DNA of 64,000 bases from a bacterium (lineage in GTDB: Bacteria; Zhuqueibacterota; QNDG01). The position numbers and the translations under genes are program-made. Shown one piece after another: positions 21,208 to 30,716 of the stretch. How positions within the stretch are numbered: position 1 is the stretch's first letter; each line of letters begins with the position of its first letter. The notes under the pieces are model-generated. The model did not search any database. It was given only the letters and a program-made list of their open reading frames with translations, and had not been told where the DNA came from. Location: assembly GCA_021158245.1 (NCBI GenBank), contig JAGGVB010000065.1, forward strand, positions 6,757 through 70,756, given 5' to 3'.

Positions 21208-21261
21208 CTCATAACTCCTTTTCTTCCAATTACTATAGCCAAAATATCTATAAATTTTATT

Positions 21262-22629
21262 TTATTGCTTATTCAATATCTTTTTCTTCTTCAGGTGTTC
21301 TATTTTCATCCTTTTTTCTGCTCTAACCTGAAGCTTTTCAGCCGATAGAATAATTCCTGTTGATAAGCCAAGCTGATACAATATTTGATATGCATGTATA
21401 TCAGGACTGAATGTAAAAACTATTATTATTGCTAAAATACCCCCCAAAACACCAAGAACCGTATTTATTATAAAACTTGAATATAGCTTACGTGTCAAAA
21501 TCCTAATCCCTACAACAAATATGCTGATTAAATACCATATAATAAGGATTGCTCCTATAAGACCCATTTCTGCTGCAATTAAAAGATATGAGTTATGAAC
21601 CATAAATGCAAAAACCTTTGCATAATCATTAGCTTTTTCTGTATTTGTCATGTAATCCCATGAAACAAGTTCATAATGCCCCAAACCAACTCCTAACACC
21701 GGATGTGCTTTAATTATTCGTCCCGCAATTCGAAACTGCGGAAATCGAACTTCATAAGAAGCGTCCCTTTGCGCACCGAACTGACTGATAATTTTATCAC
21801 CATAACGAATTGTAAAAGCCATAAAAAATATCAGGATTACAGGGAAAGCCCATTTAATTTGACTTTTAAACCTCTTGTTAAAAAGACTAATGACAAATAA
21901 TAGCCCCAACGTAATACTAAAAGCAATCCACGGAGCCCTTCCGTATGTAGTAAAAAATGCAATGGTTCCCAGGATAAATGCACTGCCTGCAATAAAATAA
22001 ATTTTTCTTTTCTCCGGTTTGTAATAGAGAAAAAGCCTGAAGGCCACCGGCAGAGTCATAGCAAGATAATTAGCATAAAAGCTAGTCACGAAAAAGGTGC
22101 CCATGGTTCTCCATTTGATTCTGGCAAACGAGCGTTCTCCAAGATACCAAATTCCTATTGCGCCAAACCTCCATTGATATATCCCTATTAAACTCTCAAC
22201 AATAATCCCGATAATCATCGCATAAACTATTATTTTAAAATCTTTTAATGAGTGTACATTATTTACAACTGCAATAATAACAAGATACAGCCTCAAATAT
22301 TTTGATAACTCCGCGAGTACCCACCCATGTTGAAGAGCAAAAAACGATGATACAATTCCTGCAATCAGGAATAAAATCAAGGGTAAAGTCACTGGCATTA
22401 CTGAATATTTGAATTTATATTTTGAAACTATTCCTGTAAGAAGAAGACTGATTACCGGTAAATCCGCAAGCATGAGTCCTGTATAATGATAGAATATCCA
22501 CCCTGAAGAAAATATGTACAGAAACCCTACGAGAAATAGAAAATATTTTCCTCTGTCTCTGACAAATAACGGCACTATACCAAAAAATACAGTTGAAATA
22601 AAAACAAATACTAACTTTGCAGAACTCAT
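21262..22629 (-). CDS. O-antigen ligase/polymerase (Wzy_C) family membrane protein
   Basis: About 12 TM helices; RTMGTF..SFYANYL, TYGRAPW, HPVLGVGLGHY, VHNSYLLIAAEMGLIG. Confidence 0.85.
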   Translation of the reverse strand: MSSAKLVFVFISTVFFGIVPLFVRDRGKYFLFLVGFLYIFSSGWIFYHYTGLMLADLPVISLLLTGIVSKYKFKYSVMPVTLPLILFLIAGIVSSFFALQHGWVLAELSKYLRLYLVIIAVVNNVHSLKDFKIIVYAMIIGIIVESLIGIYQWRFGAIGIWYLGERSFARIKWRTMGTFFVTSFYANYLAMTLPVAFRLFLYYKPEKRKIYFIAGSAFILGTIAFFTTYGRAPWIAFSITLGLLFVISLFNKRFKSQIKWAFPVILIFFMAFTIRYGDKIISQFGAQRDASYEVRFPQFRIAGRIIKAHPVLGVGLGHYELVSWDYMTNTEKANDYAKVFAFMVHNSYLLIAAEMGLIGAILIIWYLISIFVVGIRILTRKLYSSFIINTVLGVLGGILAIIIVFTFSPDIHAYQILYQLGLSTGIILSAEKLQVRAEKRMKIEHLKKKKILNKQ

Positions 22630-23900
22630 ACTTTTATATGCTCTCTTTTAAATCGTATTACTTTATAAACTCCAAACGCCGACAGAACAGCTAAAAACGG
22701 ATAAAGGGGCATCCTATATCTTGGCACTGCAACAGTCAAAGAATGAATAACACCTGAGTATAAAAATAATGTGAAAATAATAATATATTGACGCCACTCT
22801 TTTCTGGAAATCACAACTCCTATGGCAGTAAAAAACAACATCAGATAGTAACTTGCAGTAAGTGTAAAAAATATCATGAAATTTGTAGATCTTGGCCTCC
22901 CATTTGGAATATTTCTATATGCCTTAAAATAATACAAAAAAAACTTTTTAGCTGATAAAGAAAAATAGGTCCATGGATGCTGAATAATTGTCTGCATAGC
23001 CTTACTGAATAGGACATTATCTCTTTGAACAAGATTATCAACACTGCCTGCTTCTTTCACAATCCTTTCCATAGTTTCAGAATAACGAAATTCTCCATTA
23101 TAGGGCAGATAACTGCCAACCCACAATCCCGAACGAGCCCCTCTTGCAATAGGTATAAATTCATGGAACTGTATATAATTTCTTATTATCCATGGGGAAA
23201 CAACTGCATAGCATACTACTGCCATAACAATTGTTCCTTTCAGATTGGTACGCATAGATTTAAAAACATAGAATGTAATAACTATAAAAACAGGAAACAT
23301 GATTAATATATGACGTGTAAGTAAGCCTAATCCAAGTAAAAGTCCGCTCCAAACCCACAGCCATAAACTAAATTTTTGTTTATACCCCTTTATCATAAAA
23401 TAAAAAGCAGTTGTACTAAAAACCATATAAAGAGTTTCTGTATAGAGATAAGAAGGAATGACAATAAGTTCCGGAAAAACTGCCGCAATTCCAGCGCCTA
23501 TCAATCCTGTCTTTTCATTGAAAAGTAATTTCCCTATCTTAAAGACAATTATTATTGTTGAAGCACTTAAAAAGGCTTGTATCAGTTTAACAATTAATAT
23601 GTTTTTCCCAAAAACGGCAAAAATACCTGCAAGAAAAGTAGGATAAAGCGGTGGTGCAAAAGCAGACGGTCTCCGTATGTACTCACAAAAACCTCTTCCC
23701 TGTAAAATATGAACAGCCGTTTTTTGATATCTTTGTGAATCCATTAATGCCCCCTCACCTATATCAGGAAACATTATTATAAACATAACCCTTAATACCA
23801 AGCCTGTAATAACTATCGCTAATAAAAGATGCTTTGTATCCCTAAAATATTTTATACCATTTTTAAGAATATGAATCATTATGTTTTTTAAACCTGCCAT
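22626..23900 (-). CDS. GT-C (ArnT/PMT-like) glycosyltransferase
   Basis: DSQRY, PPLYP, LYTETLY, LTR, PWIIRNY, PRYRMP motifs; multi-TM. Confidence 0.85.
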   Translation of the reverse strand: MAGLKNIMIHILKNGIKYFRDTKHLLLAIVITGLVLRVMFIIMFPDIGEGALMDSQRYQKTAVHILQGRGFCEYIRRPSAFAPPLYPTFLAGIFAVFGKNILIVKLIQAFLSASTIIIVFKIGKLLFNEKTGLIGAGIAAVFPELIVIPSYLYTETLYMVFSTTAFYFMIKGYKQKFSLWLWVWSGLLLGLGLLTRHILIMFPVFIVITFYVFKSMRTNLKGTIVMAVVCYAVVSPWIIRNYIQFHEFIPIARGARSGLWVGSYLPYNGEFRYSETMERIVKEAGSVDNLVQRDNVLFSKAMQTIIQHPWTYFSLSAKKFFLYYFKAYRNIPNGRPRSTNFMIFFTLTASYYLMLFFTAIGVVISRKEWRQYIIIFTLFLYSGVIHSLTVAVPRYRMPLYPFLAVLSAFGVYKVIRFKREHIKV

Positions 23901-23927
23901 TTCTTTATGCCCTTTCTAATAAAATAC

Positions 23928-23963
23928 AATTACAAAAGTTTGTAATTAATTAATTCTTGTCAA
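23928..23963 (-). promoter_or_regulatory. Candidate internal promoter/operator: TTGACA plus a 9-bp perfect inverted repeat
   Basis: Minus-strand TTGACA at 23963-23958; AATTACAAA-ag-TTTGTAATT at 23928-23947, just upstream of the 23900 start; no canonical -10. Confidence 0.3.
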
Positions 23964-24024
23964 TGTCTTTAAACTATAAGCCAAAATTGTAGTTCAAAAT
24001 TATTTATATTATAACTCCAGAATA

Positions 24025-24246
24025 TCACTTAAATATCTCTTCAACTGCCTTTTTACCCTCCCCCTCTATGAACAATCCGGTATACTCAAAATCATTCTTT
24101 ACAAAAGCCGGATGGAATGCATCACTAAAACTATAAGACCCCTTGCAAAAAGGCACATATACATCAGGAGGTTGCATAAAATATTCAAAAAATGAAATTA
24201 CCCCTGATTCAGGAACACCTACAATTAAATAATTCGGCAAAGCCAT
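24025..24246 (-). pseudogene. Decayed N-terminal fragment of a PAPS-dependent sulfotransferase
   Basis: MALPNYLIVGVPESGVISFFEYFMQPPDVY...EYTGLF...KAVEE matches the start of the sulfotransferase consensus (LPNFLIIGAxKSGTTSLxxYLxQHP...YxxLF...KAxGE); the PAPS motif is degraded and the ORF stops at 73 aa; SD AGAGG present. Confidence 0.75.
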
Positions 24247-24254
24247 TAACCTCT

Positions 24255-25235
24255 CTATGAAATGATTTCATGTTTATTTGTCTTCAAAATTTCATAAACC
24301 AGAAATACTCCTCCGAGAAGGCTCATTAACACAGTAAGAAATGACTGCATCAATCCCAAAGACAAAGCCTCTGTTCTCATGAAACCAAATTTTGTCAAAA
24401 ATACTACAAAACTAATTTCTCTTATACCCACACCGTTAAAAGATATTGGAACCATAAGAATTATCCTTAACAACGGCATAAAACTTATAATATACAAAAA
24501 AGGCAGATTCAACTCAAGGCTTCTGCTTAAAATCCATAAAGAAAAAAAACCCATTATATGGCCGGTAAAATTTAGAAGCATGAGAAAAAGAAAAAATTTA
24601 AAATCCTGGCCAATAACAATGTGTTTATTTATGAGCCTGAGTAATATTTTCTTGATAAATGTACTACTATTATTATCCTTGTATACAAATTCTGATCTGC
24701 AATACAGTGCAACAAATAAAATGTAACTCAGACAAAGAACCAGAACTAAAATACCTGCAAAAATTACTCTGCTGCCTAAACCAAGCAGGTCTCCAAACAG
24801 TACAAGAGATATTCCTGCTAATATAAACAAAGTGAGAACCATTAGATAACGCGTAATTAATATTGAAAAAGTTGTATTAAATTTACTTTTCGTTATGCTG
24901 TTCAATTTTACACCGCGATAAATATCTCCGCCTATAAAAGTTAATAAATTATTAACAAACAGCGCTTGAAAAGAAAAAAATACTACTTCTCGAAAAGAAA
25001 CCCTCATGTTTAATTTCTTAACTACAAAAAACCAAACTGCAAAATATATCGGCTGTGCGGCAACAAGTACAATAAAGCTTATTATCAACCTTGACAGATC
25101 AATATCTGAAATCAGCTTAATTACTCTGCTAAAATCAGTTTTATGTATTAAATATACAAATATAACAATAGTTATAATAATCTGCAACAGTCGTGTTACA
25201 ATTTTAACAATTTTATTATTCATTCTTAAAGCCAT
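24255..25235 (-). CDS. Lysylphosphatidylglycerol-synthase-TM (flippase-like, AglD2/YbhN) membrane protein
   Basis: FVNNLLTFIGGDIYRG, MVPISFNGVGIREISF motifs; start moved to ATG at 25235, downstream of the GT2 pseudogene end. Confidence 0.8.
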   Translation of the reverse strand: MALRMNNKIVKIVTRLLQIIITIVIFVYLIHKTDFSRVIKLISDIDLSRLIISFIVLVAAQPIYFAVWFFVVKKLNMRVSFREVVFFSFQALFVNNLLTFIGGDIYRGVKLNSITKSKFNTTFSILITRYLMVLTLFILAGISLVLFGDLLGLGSRVIFAGILVLVLCLSYILFVALYCRSEFVYKDNNSSTFIKKILLRLINKHIVIGQDFKFFLFLMLLNFTGHIMGFFSLWILSRSLELNLPFLYIISFMPLLRIILMVPISFNGVGIREISFVVFLTKFGFMRTEALSLGLMQSFLTVLMSLLGGVFLVYEILKTNKHEIIS

Positions 25236-25254
25236 AATTAATTGTTCCTGCCTT

Positions 25255-26323
25255 TCAAAGATACGACAAAATATTGCTGCAATACAACTCGATTGTCTCA
25301 TTTAAAACATCTATTATCCTGTTTTTAAAATAAGAAGATTCAATTAGACAGGAAGACAGTCACATTCCACTACAGTCATCAATAATACGATTCTACTGAA
25401 CAAATTTCTTTTTCAATCTTACCTTATTATAAAAAGCAAAAACTTTAAAACATTATTTTATCTTTCAGCAAAGCCACCTCCTGAAATATTAAAAAACAAT
25501 AACCCCAAATCAATGACTACAATAGGCGATATCAGGAGGAAATACTGCCCGAATAATTTTTAATCAATGCCAGATACCTGTTACGCTCAAGGGCCTGCAT
25601 CTTTCATGGACTTTTATCCTGACGTTCAAAATCGTACTTGTGCCATACAAAAATATCTGCACATAGAACAACTCTCATTCTCATTAGATGTGTACGCCAG
25701 GATAAATCCACATCCTCCATGTATGCAAAATAATCTTCGTCAAACCCGCCTGCTTTTAGATAGAACTCCTTTTTAATCAGCAAACATGCACCGCTTGCAG
25801 CGACAATATCTCTGTCTTCATTATTTTTTTCCGAATCGATTTCTTTGAAATGTGTCATATAGCCGAAGCCGAGATAGTTTATCTCATTGCCAAGAGTATT
25901 TATCAGTTTATCTTTCTTCTTGTTAAAAAGGTATAGTTTGGGCTGAACCAGAGCAATGGAACTGCTGCTGAATCCCGTATGTACCATTTTTTGTATTAAA
26001 AAAACATCATCAATTGCCATATCCGAATTCATCACAATAACAGCGTCACATTTTTGCAAATTAAACTTTTTATACATCTCTTTATTGAATGCTGCAGAGA
26101 ACCCAAGATTCTTTTTGTTCGTAACTGTTTCCACTTCAGGGAATTGCTTTTTGACAAAATCCGAAGAGCCGTCTGACGACGAATTATCAATAAATGTTAC
26201 TGAAAAATTACCATATTGTTGTTTTAGAATATCAGTAAAAAGAACATTAAGACATCCAATGTCATTGTATCCCAAAACAAGCACGGCAACTCTCGGAAGG
26301 AATTCTCTTCTCTTCCCGGTCAT
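25255..26323 (-). pseudogene. Disrupted GT2 glycosyltransferase
   Basis: GT2 motifs to VWHKY; in-frame TGA at 25604-25606 followed by KMQALERNRYLALIKNYS; homology then continues through two frameshifts and more stops (FLLISPIVVIDLG; W-L..KIK..KVRLKKKFVQ*NRIIDD; RIIDVLNETIELY..YL*) to about 25255. Confidence 0.8.
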
Positions 26324-26354
26324 TCAAAATACTCTCTGTATTCTTCTTTCCTCA

Positions 26355-26720
26355 TTAAGAAAGGCTGTCCATTCTGTCATTTAAACTTTTTATTTCTGTA
26401 CCAAGAATAGCAACTTTCTGAGCAAGTGTATTATTCTCCTTTGTCAGCTTTGATATCACAACTGAGAAATGGAGCGCAATTACCATCCCGCAAAAAATTG
26501 CCAGCACAAACAGAGCAGACGGGGGATAATAAATCCCGATCAAATGTGATATCTTTTCAAGGAGCCCTCTCCAGGCTGCCATTATAAAAAGCAAGACAGC
26601 CGAAGCGATCCATAGAAGAGAATACTGCTCAAGTAATCTGTTTTTACGAATAAGCTGAAATATTACAAGGAGTAGTATAACTCCCATCAGCATAGTAAGT
26701 ATTTGAATACGAATCTGCAT
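26355..26720 (-). CDS. DUF2304 family small membrane protein
   Basis: QYSLLW, IGIYYPPSALF, SVVISKL...LAQKVAIL coiled tail; follows a GT2, the usual pairing. Confidence 0.85.
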   Translation of the reverse strand: MQIRIQILTMLMGVILLLVIFQLIRKNRLLEQYSLLWIASAVLLFIMAAWRGLLEKISHLIGIYYPPSALFVLAIFCGMVIALHFSVVISKLTKENNTLAQKVAILGTEIKSLNDRMDSLS

Positions 26721-26735
26721 TAAATTCTCCGCATT

Positions 26736-27449
26736 TTAAATTTGCCTTTTTTTAAAAAGATCAACGAATATTGCAAGAAAAACCTTTATCATATAATAAG
26801 CCGCTTTAAATGACGATATTGAAGATTTGCCATGCTCTCTCTCCCTCATCTCAACCGGTACTTCAACCAGGCCGAAACCGTTTTTTTTAAGGATTATTAC
26901 AGATTCAGGTTCAGGATAATCACTTGGATAATTTTCCGAAAGGAATTCAAGGGCTTTACGGTTGTAAGCTCTGAATCCGGAAGTATTGTCTGTAATTTTC
27001 TGTCCGATCGCAAGAGAATTTACAAACTTGAACATGCCTATGCCGATCTGCCTTGCAGCTGAACTTTTAAAACCTCTCTGGTTTAAAAATCTGGATCCTA
27101 TTGCTACATCCGCTTCGGAACCCTCCAGCGCATCCAATAACTTATGTATTTCCGATGCAATATGCTGGCCGTCCCCGTCCACCTGAACTGCAATGTCATA
27201 ACCGAATTCAACTGCATACTTAAATCCGGTCTGCACAGCTCCTCCTATACCAAGATTAAACGGCAGAGTTATCACTTCTGCTCCGCTTTTTCTTGCAGAG
27301 TCGGAAGTTCTGTCCGTAGACCCGTCATCAACAACAACAATATCTATTGGTACGGAAATATCTTGTATCTCCCGAATAACATTTGAAATTGCTCCCTGCT
27401 CATTAAACGCAGGAACAATTGCGAGATATTTTTTGTGCATCGAGTTCAC
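26736..27449 (-). CDS. GT2 polyprenyl-phosphate glycosyltransferase (DPM1-like)
   Basis: VPAFNEQ, VVDDGSTD, NLGIGGAVQTG, QVDGDGQH, DNTSGFRA, DYPEPES. Confidence 0.9.
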   Translation of the reverse strand: MNSMHKKYLAIVPAFNEQGAISNVIREIQDISVPIDIVVVDDGSTDRTSDSARKSGAEVITLPFNLGIGGAVQTGFKYAVEFGYDIAVQVDGDGQHIASEIHKLLDALEGSEADVAIGSRFLNQRGFKSSAARQIGIGMFKFVNSLAIGQKITDNTSGFRAYNRKALEFLSENYPSDYPEPESVIILKKNGFGLVEVPVEMREREHGKSSISSFKAAYYMIKVFLAIFVDLFKKRQI

Positions 27450-29177
27450 TTATTCTGCCTCTTTAATGCTCTTTTTGTACAATATCTTATACACAACTGC
27501 ACGAACACCGTCCGGGTCTGTCCTGTCATAGACCAGCCGAATATCTTCCGGCATCATATCCGGACTCAGAAATGGATATGCATTTTTAAACCATACCACA
27601 TATCTGGAACTGAACACAACGTACTCACACTGTTTGTATCGTGCATAATCTAAAATTTTTGATACGGAATCATAAGAAAATGAGGCTCCTTTTTTCATAT
27701 CATACTGCCCTGCATAAAAATCTGCCGCTTTGTTTATACTTAAAAGAATCGGCGGATGATCAGTATGATTTTTGAGCCAGATCCCGGCTTCCTTAATTTC
27801 AACAGGCTCTCCCCATAATCCCGGCATATACTTTTTTATGGCAAAAATCCTGCCTGACTCAAGAATAAAACAGAAAAGAATTAAAATACTGATAACAGTC
27901 GTTTTACTAATAACAGCCTTCTTTTTGCTAATAATTGAATCTTTTTCAGATACATCTTCTATTGCATCTTCCGTCCAGTTAATTAAATAAATTACACCTC
28001 TTGATATCCATATAAAAAATATGGGAAAGAGGGGTATAAGATACCTGGGATTAACATGGAAAAGAGGTATAACAACAAACCAGAAAAACACTATATTTAA
28101 AGACAGGTAAAAAATAAGGTGCCACTTTTTCCTGGAATAAAATTGAGCAAGGAATCCTGCAGTTGCAAAAATCAGCAATATCACTGTAACTACCCTTGGA
28201 ACGGCCTCCTTTAAAACTTTATTTAAATTTTTTGCGTACTTTTCAGCATATTCTCTGATACTTATTGATACAAATCTATTCCGCCCTTCCTGAAATTTGG
28301 TTAAATCCTGAATATTACCATAAAGATATGCCATATCAGCAGGAAGGTGCTTATTGTCAGAAGTAACGTGGTAAAAAGGATCTTTAATATTCTTCGGATT
28401 GAATTCAACAGCTGCTTCAAGCTGCTGATTAACCATGCCTTTTGTGCTGAAAGTCCACACGCCTGTTACTTTTTTTAGATAGATTAGATACGGCGAAGAT
28501 ATAATTAAAAAGCCAAACACTGTTATAGAAATCCACACTACAAAGGTAGTTTTTTTATCCTTCGTTAACCGGAATAATGCTGACAGGAACAAAAATCCAA
28601 AAGCCACTATTAAAAAGCCGACACCTTCCGGCCTGACAAGATAACTCAAAGCCCATAATACCCCTGCAAAGAAAAAGAAAATTCTCTTTTTTTGCAAAAA
28701 TGCATTATAAAAAAGCAATACTCCTGCAAGCCCGAGAAGAGTATAAAGCGGTTCCGTACCAACATCTGTTGACTCGTATGCGATAGGCGGATAGAAAAGT
28801 ATGAACAGCGCGCTGATTCTTGCAGTATTTCTGTCAAAAATCTTTTTTGTAAGAGTATAAATAATTATAGAAACCCCTGCACTTGCAAGAATATTTACAG
28901 CCCGGCCTGCTGATTCAAGACTTTTTAGAACAAGGCTGAAAATTGCTGTAACAGCAGGGTACAGAGGAGGCCAGTAAGGATGAAGAAGCCCGTGGATACC
29001 ATTCTGTAAAAAACTTCCTGCAAGACGCAGGTTGTGTGCTTCATCAAAGCTCACTGCAAATTGGCGGGTTACAATAAGAAAAATACGTGCTATTATGCCG
29101 ACAACAACTGCAGCGGCAAGAAACCAATCCCATTTCGGATAATTTGCAGCTTGTTCTGACTTTTTACTTTGTCTCAT
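27450..29177 (-). CDS. GT-C (ArnT/PMT-like) glycosyltransferase
   Basis: SFDEAH, WPPLYP, TEPLY, YLVRPEG, PRYLIP; periplasmic C-terminal domain. Confidence 0.85.
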   Translation of the reverse strand: MRQSKKSEQAANYPKWDWFLAAAVVVGIIARIFLIVTRQFAVSFDEAHNLRLAGSFLQNGIHGLLHPYWPPLYPAVTAIFSLVLKSLESAGRAVNILASAGVSIIIYTLTKKIFDRNTARISALFILFYPPIAYESTDVGTEPLYTLLGLAGVLLFYNAFLQKKRIFFFFAGVLWALSYLVRPEGVGFLIVAFGFLFLSALFRLTKDKKTTFVVWISITVFGFLIISSPYLIYLKKVTGVWTFSTKGMVNQQLEAAVEFNPKNIKDPFYHVTSDNKHLPADMAYLYGNIQDLTKFQEGRNRFVSISIREYAEKYAKNLNKVLKEAVPRVVTVILLIFATAGFLAQFYSRKKWHLIFYLSLNIVFFWFVVIPLFHVNPRYLIPLFPIFFIWISRGVIYLINWTEDAIEDVSEKDSIISKKKAVISKTTVISILILFCFILESGRIFAIKKYMPGLWGEPVEIKEAGIWLKNHTDHPPILLSINKAADFYAGQYDMKKGASFSYDSVSKILDYARYKQCEYVVFSSRYVVWFKNAYPFLSPDMMPEDIRLVYDRTDPDGVRAVVYKILYKKSIKEAE

Positions 29178-30633
29178 TATTTTTTCCTGCTTTTATTTTT
29201 TTAACATGGAGAAGCTCATTAAAATCAATACCTTTTATTATTAAAAGAACTATAAAGTAGATGGTTACAGCGAAGACAAATCTGAGAACAAACGCAATAT
29301 GCACAAACGATATAAACAGTGCCATAAAAGATGTGGAAACCATTCCCTTCCAGAAAAAATTCTTTTGATTAAGCCGGCAAACAGACTTATGTGTTATTAC
29401 AAGTGTTACTGCAAGTACAGACCCGTATGATACAAATGTTGCGATGCTTGCTCCTATTTGTGCATACTTTGGTATTAGAATAAAATTAATGACAAGGTTT
29501 AACAAGAGACCGCCAATTTGTACTTTCAGTACATCCTTCTGTCTGTTACTTGCTATTAATAATCCGCCTGTAAAAATATTAAAAAAATTAAATCCCGCAG
29601 CAAAAATCACAATTCTGAGAACTATAACTGATGGTACAAAATCAGGCCCAAAAAGAGACATTATATCAGGTGCTAAAAACAGCGTGCCAACAACTACCGG
29701 GAAAGCAATATAGAATAAATATTTAAACCCAATCGTATAAATTTTTTCCACATACGCTTTATCTGAAATATAACTTCTCGACAATCTGGGAAAAGTGCTT
29801 GTAAACAGAACAGTAGGTATAACTTCGAGAAAAAGCAGTATCTTGTATGGTGCTGCATACCAGCCCGCTACACCGTCGCCTTTCATTGCAGAAAGCAGAA
29901 GAACATCAATGCGGGCATGAGCTTGTGCAAGAAACATAAAAAATCCTAAAATAACAGCTGCCTTGAATATCCCCTTCATAAAAAAAATGTTTACCGGCGC
30001 TCTTTTAATTTTAAATCTTGTTCTTACTAATATAAGATTTATTCCAAGGCTTATTACACCGGACAAAACAAATACAGATCCAAAAGCAACAATGCCCATA
30101 CCATTAACAAGCACATAAATCCCGGCTGAAGTTACAATTATTTTCTCAATTATTACCACGAACATTTCATACTGCATCTTCTCAAATCCGCGGTACACTC
30201 CCGAACAAAGCTGATTAAAAGAGTACAAAATACCGTAAATACCAAATAAAAAAATGAGGATTGTTTTATCCCGTGGAAAAGAAAAAAAGCTCAGGTATGA
30301 TCCCAGGAAAAGCGCACTTGCAGCAATAAGAATAATTTTCAGTACTGCCGAGTTCGTAAAATACTTTCCTGCTTCCTGCCTGTTCCTTGCTACTTCTCTC
30401 GTAAATAAAGTTACTATTCCAAAATCATCAAAAAGAAATACAAAATAGTACAGAACCGTTGCAAATGCGTATTTGCCGAACCCCTCATCACCAAGATATC
30501 TTCCTGCCATGATATTCAGTGCGAGTGCAAGAATAAGGTTAAAAGCCTGGCTTGCAGCAATAAAATAGGTATTTGTTTTAACACCGCTTACAGAAGAGGA
30601 ATTTATTTTTTTTTTGTCTAAACTCAAAATCAA
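29164..30633 (-). CDS. wzx: Wzx flippase (polysaccharide biosynthesis/MOP family)
   Basis: RYLGDEGFGKY, DFGI..LFTREVA, RIDVLLL..GWYAAP, LNLVINFILIPKY..GASIAT; about 14 TM helices; TTG start uncertain. Confidence 0.9.
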   Translation of the reverse strand: MILSLDKKKINSSSVSGVKTNTYFIAASQAFNLILALALNIMAGRYLGDEGFGKYAFATVLYYFVFLFDDFGIVTLFTREVARNRQEAGKYFTNSAVLKIILIAASALFLGSYLSFFSFPRDKTILIFLFGIYGILYSFNQLCSGVYRGFEKMQYEMFVVIIEKIIVTSAGIYVLVNGMGIVAFGSVFVLSGVISLGINLILVRTRFKIKRAPVNIFFMKGIFKAAVILGFFMFLAQAHARIDVLLLSAMKGDGVAGWYAAPYKILLFLEVIPTVLFTSTFPRLSRSYISDKAYVEKIYTIGFKYLFYIAFPVVVGTLFLAPDIMSLFGPDFVPSVIVLRIVIFAAGFNFFNIFTGGLLIASNRQKDVLKVQIGGLLLNLVINFILIPKYAQIGASIATFVSYGSVLAVTLVITHKSVCRLNQKNFFWKGMVSTSFMALFISFVHIAFVLRFVFAVTIYFIVLLIIKGIDFNELLHVKKIKAGKNNETK

Positions 30634-30716
30634 ACCCTGTATATATTTACAAAAGTATACACTGCCGCATCACTTGATATTTATAAAATCAAGAAAATTA
30701 TGCTATCCGAAATGCA

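Noticed and set aside
25604-25606. TGA readthrough, selenocysteine or alternative genetic code
   Set aside because: Further frameshifts and TAA/TAG stops follow, and TGA ends intact genes elsewhere (e.g. 9386, 30717), so decay is the simpler explanation.
30606-30615. A10 tract near the wzx 5' end as a phase-variation switch
   Set aside because: Long A/T runs are common in this AT-rich sequence and the true start may lie elsewhere.
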